A stretch of DNA of 32,170 nt from Acetobacteraceae bacterium (lineage in GTDB: Bacteria > Pseudomonadota > Alphaproteobacteria > Acetobacterales > Acetobacteraceae): positions 1 to 32,170 of the forward strand of contig DAHWDR010000257.1 in assembly GCA_027330745.1 (NCBI GenBank). Direction: 5' to 3'. Below the pieces are notes generated by a model that was given only the letters and a program-made list of their open reading frames with translations, was not told the origin of the DNA and searched no databases. Shown piece after piece: positions 27,229 through 32,170 of this stretch; the first letter of the stretch is position 1; every line of letters begins with the position of its first letter. The translations under genes were made by a program, and so were the position numbers.

Positions 27229-28201
27229 CGCCGCGCCTCGCCAGCAGCCGCCGCACGGCAGCGCCCCCGCGTGCCAGCCCCCCCAGGATTCCGCCCGGCA
27301 GCGCGAACAGCAGGATCAGCAGAATGCTGCCCAGCACGAACGGCCAGTATTGCGTGTAGTTGGTGATCTCCTGGTTCAGCCAGACCAGCGCGAAGGCGCC
27401 GACCGTGGGGCCCCAGAAGAAGTTCATCCCGCCCAGGATGGTCATGATCATCACTTCCGCCGATTTCGGCCAGAACACGTAATCGGGGAATACGCCGCGG
27501 TTGAAGATGCCATAGAGCGCGCCCGACAGCCCGGCGAAGCCGCCGGCCACCACGAACACCGATAATTCGTAGGCGCGCACATTGAGGCCGATGAACGCCG
27601 CGCGCTCGCGGTTGTCGCGAATTGCGGTCAGCATCCGCCCGAACGGGGAGCGGGTGATCTGACCGACGATCGCGATGCACACCGCGACCAGCGCCAGGGT
27701 CAGTACATAGAACCGCTGGTTGATGTTCAGATCGCCCAGATACGGAACCGAGGCCATCCAGTGCATGTTGGGGAACGGCACGTCGGCGATGCCCTGATCG
27801 CCCCCCGTCACCGTGTTCCATTTGAAGCACACCGCCCAGACGATCTGCGAGAACGCCAGTGTCAGCATGGCGAAATAGATCTTGGTCAGCCGCACGCAGA
27901 AGAACCCGAATACCAGCGCGAACATGGCCGCGCCCAGCCCGGAGGCGGGGAATGCCAGGACGAACGGCAGTCCGTAACTCTTCATCAGGATCCCGCACAC
28001 ATAGGAGCCGATGCCGAAATAGGCTACATGCCCGAACGAAATCAGCCCGGTGGTGCCGAGCAGCAGGTTCAGGCTGATCGCGAACAACGCGTCGATCGCG
28101 ATTTCCGTGCCGAGGAAGGTTTCATAGCGGCTGCCGATCCAGGGTAGCGGCAGCAGCACCAGGAAGATCAGCAAGGTCCAGGGAATTCGGCGTGCGCTCA
28201 T
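27221..28201 (-). CDS. livM: branched-chain amino acid-type ABC permease, LivM-like
   Basis: 326-aa polytopic membrane protein; LNLLLGTTGLISFGHVAYFGIGSY is typical of LivM/BraE permeases. Confidence 0.88.
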   Translation of the reverse strand: MSARRIPWTLLIFLVLLPLPWIGSRYETFLGTEIAIDALFAISLNLLLGTTGLISFGHVAYFGIGSYVCGILMKSYGLPFVLAFPASGLGAAMFALVFGFFCVRLTKIYFAMLTLAFSQIVWAVCFKWNTVTGGDQGIADVPFPNMHWMASVPYLGDLNINQRFYVLTLALVAVCIAIVGQITRSPFGRMLTAIRDNRERAAFIGLNVRAYELSVFVVAGGFAGLSGALYGIFNRGVFPDYVFWPKSAEVMIMTILGGMNFFWGPTVGAFALVWLNQEITNYTQYWPFVLGSILLILLFALPGGILGGLARGGAAVRRLLARRGDA

Positions 28202-29079
28202 CGGATCGGTCGACCGAACAGGCCCCAGGGCCGCACGATCAGCACCACCGCCATCAGCGCGAATACCGAGAACAGTGAGAACTCCGGCAGGATCAGGATG
28301 CCGAACGAGAGCACCTGGCCGTAGATCATCGCCCCCCAGAACGTGCCCCAGAACGAGCCGAGCCCGCCGATGACCACCACGATGAAGGCCTGCACGATCA
28401 CCTGCACGTCCATCCCCGGCACGATGCTTTCCATCGGCGTGATGAACGCCCCCGCGATCCCCGCCAGGAACGAGGACACCGCGAACATCCCGGTATAGAT
28501 CAGCCCGACATTGGCCCCCATCGCGTCCAGCATCTCACGATCGGCGGAGGCCGCGCGCAGCATCCGCCCTGCCGCGGTGCGCGCCAGCACCAGCCCCACC
28601 GTGATGGCGATCGCCGGGCCCACGGCGATGATGAACAAGTTATAGTACGGCACGGTATTGCCGAGCAGCTGGAAGCCGCCATCCAGGATTGGCGGGCGAT
28701 GCACCGAGAGCTGCTCGGTGCCCCAGATATATTTCGCGGCGTCGCCCAGGATCAGCACCAGCGCGTAGGTGAGCAGCAGCTGATACAGCTCGTCCAGGCC
28801 ATAGAGATGACGCAGCAGCAGCCGCTCGGTCACCGCGCCCAGCAGCGCCACGCCGAGCCCGGCGGCCAGCGCCGCCAGCCAGAACGCTTCGCCCACCGGA
28901 TGCAGCCAGGTCACCACCTGCCAGGCCAGATACGCACCGATCATGTAGAACGAGCCATGCGCGAAATTGAGCACACGCATGACGCCGAATACCAAAGACA
29001 GGCCCGAGGCAATCAGGAACAGGAACATCGACGTCGTCAGTCCGGACAGGAACTGGCCGACGAGCAGGGAGGCCGTCAT
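28198..29079 (-). CDS. livH: branched-chain amino acid-type ABC permease, LivH-like
   Basis: 293-aa polytopic membrane protein; GLSLVFGVMRVLNFAHGSFYMIGAY is typical of LivH/BraD permeases. Its stop overlaps the livM ATG (ATGA). Confidence 0.88.
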   Translation of the reverse strand: MTASLLVGQFLSGLTTSMFLFLIASGLSLVFGVMRVLNFAHGSFYMIGAYLAWQVVTWLHPVGEAFWLAALAAGLGVALLGAVTERLLLRHLYGLDELYQLLLTYALVLILGDAAKYIWGTEQLSVHRPPILDGGFQLLGNTVPYYNLFIIAVGPAIAITVGLVLARTAAGRMLRAASADREMLDAMGANVGLIYTGMFAVSSFLAGIAGAFITPMESIVPGMDVQVIVQAFIVVVIGGLGSFWGTFWGAMIYGQVLSFGILILPEFSLFSVFALMAVVLIVRPWGLFGRPIR

Positions 29080-29118
29080 GACGTGGCGGCCTCCCCGTGA
29101 CGATAACGAATGGTCAAC

Positions 29119-30318
29119 TCAGTGTCCGGCCGGCTCGGGATTGTAGTAGGTCGGATCGGAGATGACCGCGAAGGGGAACTTGGGCGAACGCACCATCACG
29201 CCCCAGTATTCGCCGGCGTCGGCGTCGTGATTGGTGGCCGAGAAGGTACGCGGGCCGAGCGGGGTAGAATAGGTCATCCCCGACATGGCCTTCGACACCG
29301 CCGCTTCGTTGGTGGAGTTGGCGGCGCGGATACCCTGCGCGATCGCGGCGATGGTCACATAGCCCTGGATCGCCCAGGACGATCCGAATTTGATCTTGAG
29401 CGCCTTCGCCACCTTGGCATCGAACGCCTTGTCCGCTGCCGGCTGGTTCGGTCCGTCCCACAGCACCGGATCATAGGTATTGGTCCAGATTCCCAGCGGA
29501 TAAGCGCTGCCCAGCGCGCGGGTCACGTCGATCGAGCCGGCCTCACCGCCATCGGCAAGCCGGTTGTGGATCGCCTTGAAATACCCCAGCGGCGTTCCCT
29601 GCTTGACGAAGCTGATGAAATCGCCAGCGAATTCGTCGCAATAGACCGCGTCCGGGTGCTTGGCCATCTGCGCGGTGATGAACGGGGTGAAATTCGCCTG
29701 CCCCAGCTTCGGCCATTCCTGATCGACGATCTTGATGTCCGGGCGCAGCTTGTGCAGCTCGGCGACGAAGGCGGCGATCGCGTCGTGGCCATACGCGTAG
29801 TCGGGCGCGATGGTCGCCACGGTGTGCACGTTCTTCCATCGTGCCACGATGATCGCGCCGGCCTGGCCCTCGATGGTGGTGTTGGAGGCGGCGCGGAAGA
29901 TGTAGGGATGGAAGTTCTGTGGGTCGGTGAGCTCGTAGGTCTTCGCCGACGGGGCGACGAACACCACATGGTTTTCTTTGGCGATGGTCGAGACCGCCGG
30001 CGCCTCGGCGGAGGTCAGCGTGCCGGCCAGGAACTGCACCCCGTTCTTGACGATCAGTTCGCGCGCGAGGCGAACCGCCTCGGCCGGATTCGCCTTGCTG
30101 TCGCGCGGCAACAGTTCCAGTTTGCGCCCCAGGACCCCGCCGGCGGCGTTGATGTCGGCGACCGCGAGTTCCGCGCCCTTCAGGATGGGCACGCCATAGA
30201 CGGCGGTGGGGCCGGAGAGGGGAATCGGGAAGCCGATCTTGATCGGCCCCTTGGCCATCGCCGCTACGGGCAACAGCAACATCGCCGCGGTTGCGGCGAG
30301 TAGGTGACGAAGTCGCAT
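29119..30318 (-). CDS. periplasmic substrate-binding protein of the Leu/Ile/Val (type 1 PBP) ABC family
   Basis: Signal peptide MRLRHLLAATAAMLLLPVAAMA, followed by IKIGFPIPLSGPTAVYG...AVADINAAGGVLGRKLEL. GGGAGG lies upstream of the ATG. The actual ligand cannot be inferred from the sequence. Confidence 0.88.
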   Translation of the reverse strand: MRLRHLLAATAAMLLLPVAAMAKGPIKIGFPIPLSGPTAVYGVPILKGAELAVADINAAGGVLGRKLELLPRDSKANPAEAVRLARELIVKNGVQFLAGTLTSAEAPAVSTIAKENHVVFVAPSAKTYELTDPQNFHPYIFRAASNTTIEGQAGAIIVARWKNVHTVATIAPDYAYGHDAIAAFVAELHKLRPDIKIVDQEWPKLGQANFTPFITAQMAKHPDAVYCDEFAGDFISFVKQGTPLGYFKAIHNRLADGGEAGSIDVTRALGSAYPLGIWTNTYDPVLWDGPNQPAADKAFDAKVAKALKIKFGSSWAIQGYVTIAAIAQGIRAANSTNEAAVSKAMSGMTYSTPLGPRTFSATNHDADAGEYWGVMVRSPKFPFAVISDPTYYNPEPAGH

Positions 30319-30572
30319 TATAGCCTCCCTGCGCGCCGACGGATGTGTCTCCGTTCGGTTCTGATGTCGGGATCGTGACCGACCGCGGCCGGGCTGTCAA
30401 GCGTCCGTCGCAGATCGACCATGCGTCAGGCGCATGGGCTGGCGCCCCGGTTTGCCTGCCCGGCTGGGTTCTGGCATACGCCGCCCGCGATTACGTTCCG
30501 TTCATGCCTCCTGATCCGTGCCCGTTTGGGCCGGGCCGTGGGGTTCACGTGTACACACAGGGAAGCTTCCTT

Positions 30573-32170
30573 ATGTCCCTCGCCTTCATCGTCATTATCG
30601 TCTGCGGCGCGTTGGCGCTGCTCTATGGACTGGTCTCCGCCCGCCAGGTTCTGGCGGCCGATGCCGGTTCGTCGCGGATGCAGGAGATCTCCGCGGCGGT
30701 GCAGGAAGGCGCGCGCGCCTACCTCAACCGCCAGTACATGACCATCGGCATGGTGGGCGTGGCGGTGGTGATCTTCCTCGGTCTCACGCTTGGCATTCAT
30801 GTCGCTATCGGCTTCCTGATCGGCTCGATCCTGTCGGGCGCGGCCGGGTATATCGGCATGAATGTCTCGGTGCGCGCCAATGTCCGCACCGCGCAGGCAT
30901 CCCGCAACGGGCTGGCCGCGGGGCTGGATATCGCCTTCAAGGCGGGTGCCATCACCGGGCTGCTGGTGGTCGGCCTCGCGCTGCTGGGCGTGACAATCTA
31001 TTACGCGATCCTGCGCGACACGATCCACGGGCCGGATCTGCGTCCGGTGCTGGAATCGCTGGTGGGCCTGTCGTTCGGCGCATCCCTGATCTCGATCTTC
31101 GCCCGGCTCGGCGGCGGTATCTTCACCAAGGGCGCCGATGTCGGCGCCGACCTGGTGGGCAAGGTCGAGGCCGGCATCCCCGAGGACGACCCCCGCAACC
31201 CGGCCGTGATCGCCGACAACGTGGGCGATAATGTCGGCGACTGCGCCGGCATGGCGGCCGATCTGTTCGAGACCTACGTGGTGACCATCGTCGCCACCAT
31301 GCTGCTGGCGGCGATCTTCTTCACCGGCACGGTGCGCGATGACGTGCTGATGCTGCCCTTGGGCATCGGCGGGATCTGCATCCTGACCTCCATCGTCGGC
31401 ACGTATTTCGTGAAGCTTGGTCCCGATAACGGGATCATGCGCGCGCTCTACAAGGGCCTCGCGGTCACCGGCGCGCTGTCGGTGGTGGGGATCGCGCTTG
31501 TGATCGCCTGGTTCGTGGGCTTCACCACGCCGCTGGCGGAAACCGGCGCCGCCTCGGTCACCGGGTTCGACCTGTTCGTCTGCGCATTGATCGGGCTTGG
31601 GCTGACCGGCGCGATCGTGATGATCACGGAATACTACACGTCCACCGAATACCGTCCGGTGCGGTCGATCGCCAATTCCTCCACCACGGGTCACGGCACC
31701 AACGTGATCCAGGGGCTGGCGATCTCGATGGAGGCCACCGCCGGTCCGGTGGTGGCGATCGCGATCGCGATCATCCTGTCGTACATGATGGCCGGATTGT
31801 TCGGAATTGCCATCGCGGCGACCACCATGCTGGCGCTGGCCGGCATGATCATCGCGCTCGACGCCTACGGTCCGGTCACCGACAACGCCGGCGGGATCGC
31901 CGAAATGGCCGACCTGCCGAAGGACGTGCGCGTCACCACTGACGCGCTTGACGCGGTCGGCAACACCACCAAGGCGGTGACCAAGGGCTATGCGATCGGC
32001 TCGGCGGGGCTTGCCTCATTGGTGCTGTTCGCCGCCTACACGCAGGACCTGAAGCATTATTTCCCGAACCTGCATGTGAGCTTCCAGCTGGAAGACCCCT
32101 ACGTCGTCATCGGCTTGTTCATCGGCGGCCTGCTGCCCTATCTGTTCGGCGCGATGGGCATGACCGCGGT
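30573..32170 (+). CDS. hppA: membrane-bound proton-translocating pyrophosphatase (5' 532 codons; continues beyond the window)
   Basis: Hand translation from ATG 30573 (AGGGAAG lies about 10 nt upstream) gives [19 protein letters not shown]...[20 protein letters not shown]...[52 protein letters not shown]...[16 protein letters not shown]. It is missing from the ORF track because it has no stop codon within the window. Confidence 0.92.
   Translation, partial: MSLAFIVIIVCGALALLYGLVSARQVLAADAGSSRMQEISAAVQEGARAYLNRQYMTIGMVGVAVVIFLGLTLGIHVAIGFLIGSILSGAAGYIGMNVSVRANVRTAQASRNGLAAGLDIAFKAGAITGLLVVGLALLGVTIYYAILRDTIHGPDLRPVLESLVGLSFGASLISIFARLGGGIFTKGADVGADLVGKVEAGIPEDDPRNPAVIADNVGDNVGDCAGMAADLFETYVVTIVATMLLAAIFFTGTVRDDVLMLPLGIGGICILTSIVGTYFVKLGPDNGIMRALYKGLAVTGALSVVGIALVIAWFVGFTTPLAETGAASVTGFDLFVCALIGLGLTGAIVMITEYYTSTEYRPVRSIANSSTTGHGTNVIQGLAISMEATAGPVVAIAIAIILSYMMAGLFGIAIAATTMLALAGMIIALDAYGPVTDNAGGIAEMADLPKDVRVTTDALDAVGNTTKAVTKGYAIGSAGLASLVLFAAYTQDLKHYFPNLHVSFQLEDPYVVIGLFIGGLLPYLFGAMGMTA

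Noticed and set aside
30319-30572. Regulatory motifs in the divergent region between the substrate-binding protein gene and hppA: the CATGCG-N5-CGCATG palindrome at 30419..30435, and a sigma54-like TGGCAT at about 30472.
   Set aside because: The palindrome is short (6 bp) and unremarkable at this GC content. The TGGCAT lacks a correctly spaced TTGC/GC element, so it does not fit the -24/-12 consensus.
30426-31694. A 422-aa minus-strand ORF at the right end of the window.
   Set aside because: It is antisense to the clearly recognisable H+-pyrophosphatase gene, which is absent from the ORF track only because it has no stop codon in the window. Its product is a His/Asp/Arg/Gly-rich mirror-frame artefact.

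Overview
Very GC-rich (about 70% by eye) bacterial chromosomal segment. Gene order and repeat types look alphaproteobacterial, possibly Rhodospirillales/Acetobacteraceae-like; that lineage call is inference only. The core is a complete division/cell-wall (dcw) cluster on the minus strand: mraZ-rsmH-ftsL-ftsI-murE-murF-mraY-murD-ftsW-murG-murC-murB-ddl-ftsQ-ftsA-ftsZ-lpxC. It runs straight into thiO-thiS-thiG-thiE and a truncated CofE-like gene. To the right of the mraZ control region lie a divergent Gfo/Idh/MocA oxidoreductase (+), a five-gene Liv-type ABC importer (-) and the 5' part of a membrane H+-pyrophosphatase gene (+). I found no tRNA, rRNA, CRISPR array, transposase, phage or defence genes, and no clearly novel multi-gene system. 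The unusual content is at a finer scale. (1) Three unrelated palindromic repeat elements sit inside this essential operon. One is MITE-like with a 7-bp flanking duplication between ftsA and ftsZ. One is read in frame inside murD. A REP doublet plus 15-nt tandem repeats forms a roughly 100-aa tail on MurB. (2) thiO has no canonical start codon and abuts the lpxC stop, and there is no room for a TPP riboswitch. (3) A 10-bp-phased TGGG repeat array lies upstream of mraZ, and a 14-nt motif is shared by the mraZ and ftsZ upstream regions. (4) Stop/start overlaps link almost all of the 21 co-directional genes. Most other long ORFs in the six-frame track are alternate-frame artefacts of the high GC content.
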